A stretch of 34,358 bases of DNA from a virus (IMGVR_UViG_3300034093_001339:1-34358); one strand, 5' to 3'. Positions 1 to 6,690 are shown, counted from the first letter of the stretch. Translations and numbers: made by a program. Notes: a model not told the origin generated them from the sequence alone.

Positions 1-44
1 TGTTAATCAGAATGTCCGTGGTTCGACCCCACGTCAGGGAGCCA
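1..44 (+). tRNA. trnN: tRNA-Asn(GTT), 3' part (cut by window edge)
   Basis: TGTTAA anticodon loop remnant, T-arm CGTGG-TTCGACC-CCACG, ends GCCA. Confidence 0.85.
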
Positions 45-75
45 AAATTTTAAACGTAACAGTGAAGGAAATCAC

Positions 76-297
76 ATGCCTAAAGTACGTAACGACTTTA
101 AAGTATATCCATACCAAGCTACTGCTAAACCGGGTGTTGAGCAATGGCAAGTACGGTCTGGTAGCACTGATGTGCATATTACATCTAACACACTTGCTGA
201 AGCAGAACGTGTTGCCGCTGCATTAAATGCAGATCCATACTACTTGGAACGTGGCAATACACAAGCTGATCGTGCTAAGATGAAGCCCGCAGCATAA
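76..297 (+). CDS. hypothetical protein (73 aa)
   Basis: ORF with GAAGGA SD, fills gap between tRNAs. Confidence 0.7.
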   Translation: MPKVRNDFKVYPYQATAKPGVEQWQVRSGSTDVHITSNTLAEAERVAAALNADPYYLERGNTQADRAKMKPAA

Positions 298-369
298 AGA
301 ATAAAAACACGGTACTGCTTAATCGAAGCAGCTAAGTCGTCCAACTAAGGACAAGAGCCAAACACATAT

Positions 370-457
370 GGAGCGATGGCCGAGAGGCTTAAGGCAACAG
401 GTTGCTAACTTGTCGTACCGCAAGGTACCGTGGGTTCGAATCCCACTCGCTCCGCCA
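370..457 (+). tRNA. trnS: tRNA-Ser(GCT)
   Basis: GGAGCGA/TCGCTCC acceptor, loop TTGCTAA, long variable arm, GCCA. Confidence 0.95.
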
Positions 458-465
458 AACTATTT

Positions 466-541
466 GGGGTATTAGCTCAGTTGGGAGAGCGACTGGTTTG
501 CAACCAGTAGGTCAACGGTTCGATCCCGTTATACTCCACCA
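466..541 (+). tRNA. trnA: tRNA-Ala(TGC)
   Basis: cloverleaf, loop TTTGCAA, G3:U70, ACCA. Confidence 0.95.
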
Positions 542-550
542 AATAACAAT

Positions 551-626
551 GCGGGATTAGCTCAGTTGGTAGAGCGTCTGCTTTACACGCAGAATGTCGG
601 CAGTTCGAACCTGTCATCCCGCACCA
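551..626 (+). tRNA. trnV: tRNA-Val(TAC)
   Basis: TCTGC-TTTACAC-GCAGA arm, ACCA. Confidence 0.95.
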
Positions 627-691
627 AGATACACCTAGTGTGTAACGAGGAGAGGTTGTAGGTCCTTGTACAAAAAATCTTCAAAATAATT

Positions 692-768
692 GGCCTGTTA
701 GTCGAGTGGTTTAAGATGCTTGCCTGTCACGCAAGAGATCACGGGTTCAATTCCCGTACAGGTCGCCA
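692..768 (+). tRNA. trnD: tRNA-Asp(GTC)
   Basis: CTTGC-CTGTCAC-GCAAG arm, GCCA. Confidence 0.95.
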
Positions 769-855
769 ATACATACTTTGCCAAACAATAATAATGGGGC
801 GGAATTTGTAAGCCGTTTAGAAGTGTGTTAGTTTGTCCAAACTTAAAATGGTCAT

Positions 856-930
856 GCGGGTGTAGCTCAGTGGTAGAGCGCTGTCCTTCCAAGTCAGATG
901 TCGAGGGTTCGAATCCCTTCGCCCGCTCCA
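856..930 (+). tRNA. trnG: tRNA-Gly(TCC)
   Basis: GCGGGTG acceptor, loop CTTCCAA, TCCA. Confidence 0.95.
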
Positions 931-931
931 A

Positions 932-1039
932 CATTACTTTGATGATACAATGGTTAATCCATCATAGAAAAGCAGTAGTGATACTGTTGTCCGACGATAA
1001 CATCATAGGGGTAAGGAACATTGTATCTTCTAAGTAATG
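932..1039 (+). ncRNA. wrapper-stem RNA cassette, family 1 copy 1
   Basis: CATTACTTTGATGATACA...TGTATCTTCTAAGTAATG terminal stem shared with 6172-6290 and 7501-7602; internal GTGA tetraloop hairpin 971-988. Confidence 0.7.
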
Positions 1040-1046
1040 ATTTTTA

Positions 1047-1121
1047 GCTGGTGTGGCCCAATGGTAAGGCAACTCACTTGTAATGAGTAGATTGGGAGTT
1101 CGATTCTCTCCACCAGCACCA
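1047..1121 (+). tRNA. trnT: tRNA-Thr(TGT)
   Basis: ACTCA-CTTGTAA-TGAGT arm, ACCA. Confidence 0.95.
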
Positions 1122-1129
1122 AAAACAAT

Positions 1130-1158
1130 GCGGATGTGGTGTAATGGTAGCCACGCTG
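1130..1158 (+). pseudogene. orphan 5' fragment of tRNA-Leu (acceptor 5' strand + D arm)
   Basis: GCGGATGTGGTGTAATGGTAGCCACG nearly identical to the start of tRNA-Leu at 1615. Confidence 0.85.
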
Positions 1159-1197
1159 AAAAGATGCATTAATGTGTTTACTGTGATAAATAAACGT

Positions 1198-1629
1198 ATG
1201 CAACAAATAACTGAATATATCACATTGCCGCAGACTGTGCGACAGCAACACCTCAAACTTGCCGAACCTTGCATTGAACGAGGTGGACAAAGCATGTATC
1301 TAAAGGGGTTGCTTGCACATATTTTAGATACAACAATCCCGTCAGGTAGCAAAATTCATGTGTGCCACGCATGTCATAATGCACTATGCAGTAACCCAAA
1401 TCATTTGTATTGGGGGACGCCAGGAGAAAATGCTCTTGACCGAGACTCTCAGCACAAGCTAACTGTATGGGATAAAATGGTTCAAAAATACGGGCTCGAT
1501 GAAGCTCGAAAGATGAATAGCAAGACCGGTAATAAGAATGGTGCCGGTAATAAAGGAAAACCAAAATCCGAAGAGCACAGAAAAAAAATTGCTCTTGCGT
1601 TGACAAAGAATAATGCGGATGTGGCGTAA
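1198..1629 (+). CDS. HNH homing endonuclease with C-terminal NUMOD3-like motif
   Basis: CHACHNALCSNPNHLYWGTPGEN HNH/zinc-loop motif; GKPKSEEHRKKI; probable ATG 1198 just after ATAAATA; stop lies inside tRNA-Leu. Confidence 0.85.
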   Translation: MQQITEYITLPQTVRQQHLKLAEPCIERGGQSMYLKGLLAHILDTTIPSGSKIHVCHACHNALCSNPNHLYWGTPGENALDRDSQHKLTVWDKMVQKYGLDEARKMNSKTGNKNGAGNKGKPKSEEHRKKIALALTKNNADVA

Positions 1630-1698
1630 TTGGTAGCCGCGGCAGACTTAGAATCTGTTTCCTCTGGAGTGGGGGTTCGAGTCCCTTCATCCGCACCA
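1615..1698 (+). tRNA. trnL: tRNA-Leu(TAG)
   Basis: GCAGA-CTTAGAA-TCTGT arm, long variable arm, ACCA. Confidence 0.95.
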
Positions 1699-1705
1699 AA
1701 GTATT

Positions 1706-1782
1706 CGGAGTGTAGCTCAGTTTGGTAGAGCGCCTGGTTTGGGACCAGGATGTCGTGGGTTCAAATCCTGTCACTCCGACCA
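1706..1782 (+). tRNA. trnP: tRNA-Pro(TGG)
   Basis: CCTGG-TTTGGGA-CCAGG arm, ACCA. Confidence 0.95.
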
Positions 1783-1785
1783 ACT

Positions 1786-2110
1786 ATTATAGTGTTGAGC
1801 AACAACAACACGGTTGCAGCAATGCAGCCCGCTATAATCGGTAAGCTAGGACCGTTTGTTGTAACTGTCAAATGAGAAGACTGAGTAACTAGTTTTAGAC
1901 CTAGTGAAAAAGGCCAACCGACTGTGACGGGTATCCCGGGTTGAGAGAGGTTGGGGTGAATGGTGTTGTGTAACCAAAACAATATGCACTCATGGGGTAT
2001 CGTGTCAAACGTCTAAAAGCCTGCTGCAACGAAATGGCAGCTCTGGATGACGGTAACCAGAATGAAATTTTATAAAGCCGTGTCCCATGATAAGAACATA
2101 GTGGACCGGC
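1786..2110 (+). ncRNA. candidate structured ncRNA(s)
   Basis: no credible ORF; dense helices incl. ATTATAGTG/CGCTATAAT, GGTTGCA-GCAA-TGCAGCC, CATGGGGTAT/GTGTCCCATG. Confidence 0.5.
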
Positions 2111-2115
2111 ACAAT

Positions 2116-2190
2116 GCGGGTGTAGCTCAGGGGTAGAGCGTCTGCTTGCCAAGCAGAATGTCGGCAGTTCGAATCTGCTCACCCGCTCCA
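2116..2190 (+). tRNA. trnG: tRNA-Gly(GCC)
   Basis: TCTGC-TTGCCAA-GCAGA arm, TCCA. Confidence 0.95.
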
Positions 2191-2194
2191 GTTT

Positions 2195-2270
2195 GTAGGT
2201 GTAGCTCAGTTGGTAGAGCGTCGGTCTCCAAAACCGAATGTCCAAGGTTCGAGTCCTTGCTCCTGCGCCA
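2195..2270 (+). tRNA. trnW: tRNA-Trp(CCA)
   Basis: TCGGT-CTCCAAA-ACCGA arm, GCCA. Confidence 0.93.
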
Positions 2271-2464
2271 AAATTGGGAGTTAGCCGCCCAAGACCAGTG
2301 TCCACGATATTCTCATTCCAACTTGACACTCTAATAAACTTTTGTATTGAGCGTAACCCACTATCGTTAAGACTGGGAGGTTTTGAGGGATGTTTTACCG
2401 TAAAAAACATAACGGGTATTGATGCATACCTAATGAAGGGTTGGCCCCCAGCATCGACTATTTT

Positions 2465-2541
2465 GCGTCCTTGGTGCCAGATGGATGGCCACAGGGATTC
2501 TAACCCCTAGGAGGCAGGCTCGATACCTGTAGGACGCACCA
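2465..2541 (+). tRNA. atypical tRNA (Arg TCT-like, or CTA-reading), 8-nt anticodon loop
   Basis: perfect GCGTCCT/AGGACGC acceptor and ACCA; AGGG-ATTCTAAC-CCCT arm; T loop CTCGATA. Confidence 0.65.
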
Positions 2542-2559
2542 TTTACGAAGGAACATGCT

Positions 2560-2736
2560 ATGTTTATGACCAAAAAAGAAATCGAAACTGCTGTTCGAGT
2601 TTGGCCAGCTAACGCAGAGGCTCCGCTGACTAGAGATCAGCAAATAGAACTTATGACTACAGCACGGGTGAGACACCTTGCTAAAATTGAAAAAACCATC
2701 AGATTAATCAAAGGAAAAAATGATGTCGTAGATTGA
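2560..2736 (+). CDS. hypothetical protein (58 aa, MFMTKKEIE...)
   Basis: GAAGGA SD; open frame read manually (below ORF-track cutoff). Confidence 0.6.
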   Translation: MFMTKKEIETAVRVWPANAEAPLTRDQQIELMTTARVRHLAKIEKTIRLIKGKNDVVD

Positions 2737-2800
2737 ATATGCTTGTGGGGAATTAGTTTTCCACTTTAACAAAAAACACTTAGAAGATGATAATATTCCG

Positions 2801-3316
2801 ATGTGGGTTGTTAAGATGCGAGGCGAAACATTTTATGTTAGTCACGTTGAATGTAGCATTCCGTGGAGCACAAAAGAAACGCCAGACAACAACCACACCA
2901 AAGGTAGCGTCAAAGTTAAAAATTGTTTGGTCGTGATTGATGATAGCAACACTGCAATCATTACAAAGCTGACTGAAGAAGATAAGAAACGGCTCAGTAA
3001 CAAAAAACAGTTTATCAGAGTTATCACCAGCTCTGGTGCGAAACTAATCAATGCTATTGAAGAGATTGGTATTGAGACCGGTACTGTCAAAAGAGCAGGC
3101 GGCGGGTGTGGTACGTTGTGGTTTATTACAGAACTGTATAACTACGATGAGTTTTTTCAACTGAAGTTTGTGATGATTGGCACTGATTTTAGAGTGTTAA
3201 TGGAAAACGAGGACTACTACAAGCTGTATGGTTCAGCTAAGGAAGAAGACACTTGGTTGGACGAAGATACGGATGATGAAGATATTGACGATTACGAATC
3301 GTTATACGAAGAATAA
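2801..3316 (+). CDS. hypothetical phage protein with acidic tail; probable true start 2720/2723 blocked by in-frame TAG
   Basis: ORF track; frame stays open upstream to TAG 2729-2731, preceded by SD AAGGA and ATGATG. Confidence 0.75.
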   Translation: MWVVKMRGETFYVSHVECSIPWSTKETPDNNHTKGSVKVKNCLVVIDDSNTAIITKLTEEDKKRLSNKKQFIRVITSSGAKLINAIEEIGIETGTVKRAGGGCGTLWFITELYNYDEFFQLKFVMIGTDFRVLMENEDYYKLYGSAKEEDTWLDEDTDDEDIDDYESLYEE

Positions 3317-3317
3317 T

Positions 3318-3393
3318 GCTGCTATAGCTCAGTTGGTAGAGCACCTGATTAGTAATCAGGGTGTCGGGAGTTCGAATCTCTCTAGCAGCACCA
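3318..3393 (+). tRNA. trnT: tRNA-Thr(AGT)
   Basis: CCTGA-TTAGTAA-TCAGG arm, ACCA. Confidence 0.93.
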
Positions 3394-3394
3394 G

Positions 3395-3402
3395 TATAAA
3401 TA
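3395..3402 (+). promoter_or_regulatory. T4-like late promoter TATAAATA
   Basis: exact T4 late consensus; (A)TAAATA recurs before genes at 1186, 7754, 9339, 16977, 18806, 21113, 25479, 33224. Confidence 0.65.
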
Positions 3403-3460
3403 CATATGGTACTTACTGTTTACCCTAGGGAGAAGGCGAGTAAGTTAAAAGAATGCGTGT

Positions 3461-4267
3461 ATGACTGCCAATGTATTTTATAAAGGAAACAGCAACATGG
3501 TAACTAAATTAGTTGTAGGATTAACTGACTCGTTGCAGAGTGAATTTGTATCAAAACCAGATGAATCTAAGGATCATTATGATGATCAGACTGTATCGGT
3601 TGATGTATATGCTATTCCTGCATCATGTAATGTGACAGCAACCGAAACATTAGAATGGATACTCGATACTGAACTGCCAGGTGTTTCTAGTTTAAATACT
3701 ATAGTAGAACAAATGAAAACTAGGCTATTACTCAGAGACGTTATAATTATTAAACGAAATCCAATAGATGGGTATACTAGTTTTAGTTTAATCTTTGGAC
3801 TATTAAATTATGTCCCAAACCCAGCAGTAACATATACTGAATTTATAGATCAAGATTACAACTCATTGATAGAATCTCCTAGATTTGGTGATCTTGTATT
3901 AGAAGAAGTATACGGCTATGAAATTAACGGCGTTCCACATACCAGTTCATTGTCATATGCAGTTGATCACGACACAACAGAATATTTAGCAAATGCTTAT
4001 CCTCCCCGTAGCACGGTGCCAATGTTTAATGTTAGATTTACTATCGGTGAACAGAACAACAAACCACAAACTGAACTGGCTCCCGAGTTTATTGATTGGT
4101 TCAATAATAATCTAAGTTCTCTAAGTGCAAAAGGTTGGGATATTAATAACTCAAAGTCAAGAGTTGGGTTTTATGTTGCAGGCAGGTTAGTCGGAGATCC
4201 ATGGGAACAGTATTTGAAATTAGCAAACAACCCTTACATATGCACTATTAATATTGTAGAAGAATGA
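3461..4267 (+). CDS. hypothetical protein, paralog of 4272-5042 (start may be 3497)
   Basis: long ORF; shared blocks VGLTD, FGD, GDPW, IC..VEE. Confidence 0.85.
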   Translation: MTANVFYKGNSNMVTKLVVGLTDSLQSEFVSKPDESKDHYDDQTVSVDVYAIPASCNVTATETLEWILDTELPGVSSLNTIVEQMKTRLLLRDVIIIKRNPIDGYTSFSLIFGLLNYVPNPAVTYTEFIDQDYNSLIESPRFGDLVLEEVYGYEINGVPHTSSLSYAVDHDTTEYLANAYPPRSTVPMFNVRFTIGEQNNKPQTELAPEFIDWFNNNLSSLSAKGWDINNSKSRVGFYVAGRLVGDPWEQYLKLANNPYICTINIVEE

Positions 4268-4271
4268 TACG

Positions 4272-5042
4272 ATGACTAAAATAAATTTTGTTATTGGACT
4301 AACAGATGTTGAAGATTATGACGGATTTGTTTATGATACATTTCCGAATGAAGATAACATTGATAGAGTATCCTATAATATACAACGAGCAGATACTAGT
4401 ATAGAAAAAGATTCGATTGTGTGGGAATTAGATCTAACATTAGATGCTACTAAAAACATAATAAAGGTATGGGAACATATCATAAGAAGACCTCACCTTG
4501 CAATGATCCATCGGGTAGCTACAAAAAATGTTCTAGCACCGACCTATACTAACTATAATTTAAATATACATTTTACAAATTTGATTCCTATTTTATCTGA
4601 CTATAAATTAACTCTGACTAATAGTGATTATGAAAAATTCACTCAAGCAAGTAATTTTGGCGACATGTATTTGGATCAATTTGTATTGTATCAAGCCAGT
4701 AATATAAATTGGCAAACCACGTTGGAATATGCATGTGTGCATGACACGATTGATAAACTTAATGTACATAATCCATTAACGGTATTACCAGGATTTGTGT
4801 TTGACTTTGAATTAAAACCCAATCAGTTTAATACTACAGCTAGGCGTGATCTGCGTTTTGTTGAATGGATTAATGAAAATAAAGATGCACTTGCTGAAAA
4901 AGGATATACATTGGATGATCCATATTGCACTGTTGGTAGATTGTGCATAGGTAAACTGATAGGTGATCCGTGGGATGAGTATCAAAAGTTACAAAAATAC
5001 AGTAGGATATGTCGTACCAGTATGGTAACAGTAGAAGAATAA
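4272..5042 (+). CDS. hypothetical protein, paralog of 3461-4267
   Basis: long ORF; collinear similarity with upstream gene. Confidence 0.85.
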   Translation: MTKINFVIGLTDVEDYDGFVYDTFPNEDNIDRVSYNIQRADTSIEKDSIVWELDLTLDATKNIIKVWEHIIRRPHLAMIHRVATKNVLAPTYTNYNLNIHFTNLIPILSDYKLTLTNSDYEKFTQASNFGDMYLDQFVLYQASNINWQTTLEYACVHDTIDKLNVHNPLTVLPGFVFDFELKPNQFNTTARRDLRFVEWINENKDALAEKGYTLDDPYCTVGRLCIGKLIGDPWDEYQKLQKYSRICRTSMVTVEE

Positions 5043-5045
5043 TTT

Positions 5046-5133
5046 GGAAAGCTGGGCGAGTGGTTTATGCCTGCAGTCTTGAAAACTGCCGAACCGCAAG
5101 GTTCCGTGAGTTCGAATCTCACGCTTTCCGCCA
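5046..5133 (+). tRNA. trnS: tRNA-Ser(TGA)
   Basis: GCAGT-CTTGAAA-ACTGC arm, long variable arm, GCCA. Confidence 0.95.
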
Positions 5134-5169
5134 AAAATAAAAAAATGTGTCTAAATTGTCAAAAAGATG

Positions 5170-5198
5170 TTGACACAAGATGATAAATAAAGTATAAC
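5170..5198 (+). promoter_or_regulatory. sigma70 promoter with embedded ATAAATA late motif
   Basis: TTGACA-17 nt-TATAAC. Confidence 0.8.
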
Positions 5199-5241
5199 AG
5201 TATTGTAAGTTAAGAGACTTCCAAGCTAAAGAGATAAACAA

Positions 5242-5334
5242 ATGAACCTCACTATGCAACAACATATGATTCAGATTAACGTTGAAAAACGCCATGAGTA
5301 TCGCTTTGGTATCATGGAGGGACTGCGAAACTAA
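5242..5334 (+). CDS. putative attenuator leader peptide (30 aa, MNLTMQQHMIQINVEKRHEYRFGIMEGLRN)
   Basis: AGAG SD; ORF overlaps alternative hairpins and ends ~25 nt before an intrinsic terminator. Confidence 0.65.
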   Translation: MNLTMQQHMIQINVEKRHEYRFGIMEGLRN

Positions 5335-5357
5335 TAGTGTAAACATACACAAGTTTC

Positions 5358-5392
5358 AAAACCCTCCAGTAGCAATACTAGGAGGGTTTTTT
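5358..5392 (+). terminator. intrinsic terminator (attenuator 3:4 hairpin)
   Basis: AAAACCCTCC-AGTA-GCAA-TACT-A-GGAGGG-TTTTTT. Confidence 0.85.
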
Positions 5393-5510
5393 ATTGAACT
5401 AAAGTGGAAATGCGGAACGTGACTGCGAGTAACCACTATAAACAAACTCAAATGGGCGGCCTCGGTGATGAAAGCGCAAGCTGAAAAATCCGAGAGATAA
5501 ACAAAACTAC

Positions 5511-5622
5511 AATTCTGTTTACACATGCACAACAGCCATACCTAGCTAGGTGGTAGTGGAACTATAAGTATCAAGATACAAAAACACGTTCGATTCGTGG
5601 TTGTGCAGATGTAAACAGAATT
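5511..5622 (+). ncRNA. wrapper-stem RNA cassette, family 2 copy 1 (tRNA-like cargo)
   Basis: AATTCTGTTTACA-CA-TGCACAAC / GTTGTGCA-GA-TGTAAACAGAATT stem; T arm CACG-TTCGATT-CGTG. Confidence 0.7.
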
Positions 5623-5698
5623 GGTGCTATAGCTCAGTTGGCAGAGCAGTAGACTCATATTCTACGTGTCGTAGGTTCGATTCCTACTAGCACCACCA
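5623..5698 (+). tRNA. tRNA-Met or Ile2 (CAT)
   Basis: GTAGA-CTCATAT-TCTAC arm; G1:C72 so not initiator. Confidence 0.9.
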
Positions 5699-5704
5699 AA
5701 ACAT

Positions 5705-5782
5705 GGCCCCATAGTTTACGATTGGTTAGAATACTGGACTTTCAATCCGGAGAAGCGGGATCAACGCCCGCTGGGGCTACCA
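5705..5782 (+). tRNA. trnE: tRNA-Glu(TTC)
   Basis: CTGGA-CTTTCAA-TCCGG arm; atypical T loop ATCAACG. Confidence 0.88.
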
Positions 5783-5801
5783 AAAAAAAGTAAAATAGTT
5801 C

Positions 5802-5830
5802 TTGACAAGTAAGAGCTCTTACACTATATT
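5802..5830 (+). promoter_or_regulatory. sigma70 promoter with palindromic operator in spacer
   Basis: TTGACA-AGTAAGAGCTCTTACAC-TATATT. Confidence 0.8.
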
Positions 5831-5862
5831 ATACATGTAGGAAGAAAAAAGAGGATACTGCA

Positions 5863-6000
5863 ATGTCAGAAGTTACCAAATGTGTTGCTATTGTTGCTAA
5901 TCTTGCGGTTGCTGTAATGTTGTTAAGTATCTATGTTAACTACGATCCCATGCGTTCAGCAATTAACTCTGCTGTGTTGCAGGCGATTATAAGCGAATAA
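5863..6000 (+). CDS. small hydrophobic (single TM) protein, 45 aa
   Basis: GAGGA SD, promoter upstream, CVAIVANLAVAVMLLSIYV. Confidence 0.65.
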   Translation: MSEVTKCVAIVANLAVAVMLLSIYVNYDPMRSAINSAVLQAIISE

Positions 6001-6007
6001 AGAATTT

Positions 6008-6091
6008 GGGCATCACCCCGCAAGGTGCGGGAGCGGACTGTAAATCCGTCGGGGAAACCCACGCTAGGTTCGATTCCTAGGATGCCCACCA
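6008..6091 (+). tRNA. trnY: tRNA-Tyr(GTA) with extended D stem
   Basis: GCGGA-CTGTAAA-TCCGT arm, long variable arm, D arm CCCGCA-AGG-TGCGGG. Confidence 0.9.
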
Positions 6092-6097
6092 AATAAT

Positions 6098-6172
6098 GCC
6101 TCGGTAGCTCATTGGTAGAGCGTTCGCCTGAAGAGCGGAGCGTAGGGAGTTCGATTCTCCCCCTTGGCACCA
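6098..6172 (+). tRNA. trnF: tRNA-Phe(GAA)
   Basis: loop CTGAAGA; two acceptor mismatches. Confidence 0.85.
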
Positions 6173-6290
6173 TTACTTTGATGATACACTAGAGAGCAGA
6201 TAGCCTTTTGTAACTAAGACAACTCCGTAGGTTACAGACTTGAGCGCAGCATGGTTAGGGAGTTGCCGGCTAGTGTATCTTCTAAGTAAT
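6172..6290 (+). ncRNA. wrapper-stem RNA cassette, family 1 copy 2 (pseudoknotted cargo)
   Basis: ATTACTTTGATGATACACTAG / CTAGTGTATCTTCTAAGTAAT. Confidence 0.7.
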
Positions 6291-6300
6291 AGGAGTAAAG

Positions 6301-6690
6301 ATGTTAGAGTGTTTAATCATTGGGGATAGTATTGCACAAGGTATAGGGCAACACAGATCAGATTGTGTATCAGAAGCTAAAGTAGGTATTAACAGTCGTA
6401 ACTATGTCGAGACGTATACATTACCCGAATCAAAGTTAACAGTAATTAGTCTTGGTAGTAACGATTTAGGTATGAGCAACCAATATACTGTGCTATATAA
6501 CTTGCGTGGCGAAATTAAAGGCATTGTGCTATGGATATTGCCAGCTAACAATGACGAAGCGAGGAGCAATATACTAACTATTGCAAACATTCATAACGAT
6601 AAAGTTGCTGATATTAGACAACTGCCGTTAAGTAAAGATGGTGTTCATCCTACTACAAAAAGCTATAAAGCACTAGCAAAACAATTTTAA
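6301..6690 (+). CDS. SGNH/GDSL-family hydrolase
   Basis: IIGDSIA, SLGSND and DGVHP motifs. Confidence 0.85.
   Translation: MLECLIIGDSIAQGIGQHRSDCVSEAKVGINSRNYVETYTLPESKLTVISLGSNDLGMSNQYTVLYNLRGEIKGIVLWILPANNDEARSNILTIANIHNDKVADIRQLPLSKDGVHPTTKSYKALAKQF

Noticed and set aside
311-359. Hammerhead-like three-stem layout (CTGCTT/AAGCAG, GTCC/GGAC)
   Set aside because: Core reads CTAAGTC and AAGA rather than CTGATGA and GAAA
698-2510. ORF-track ORFs overlapping tRNAs (e.g. 698-934, 825-1037, 1253-1783, 1901-2410, 2146-2334, 2238-2510)
   Set aside because: Shadow frames of tRNA or ncRNA sequence without RBS
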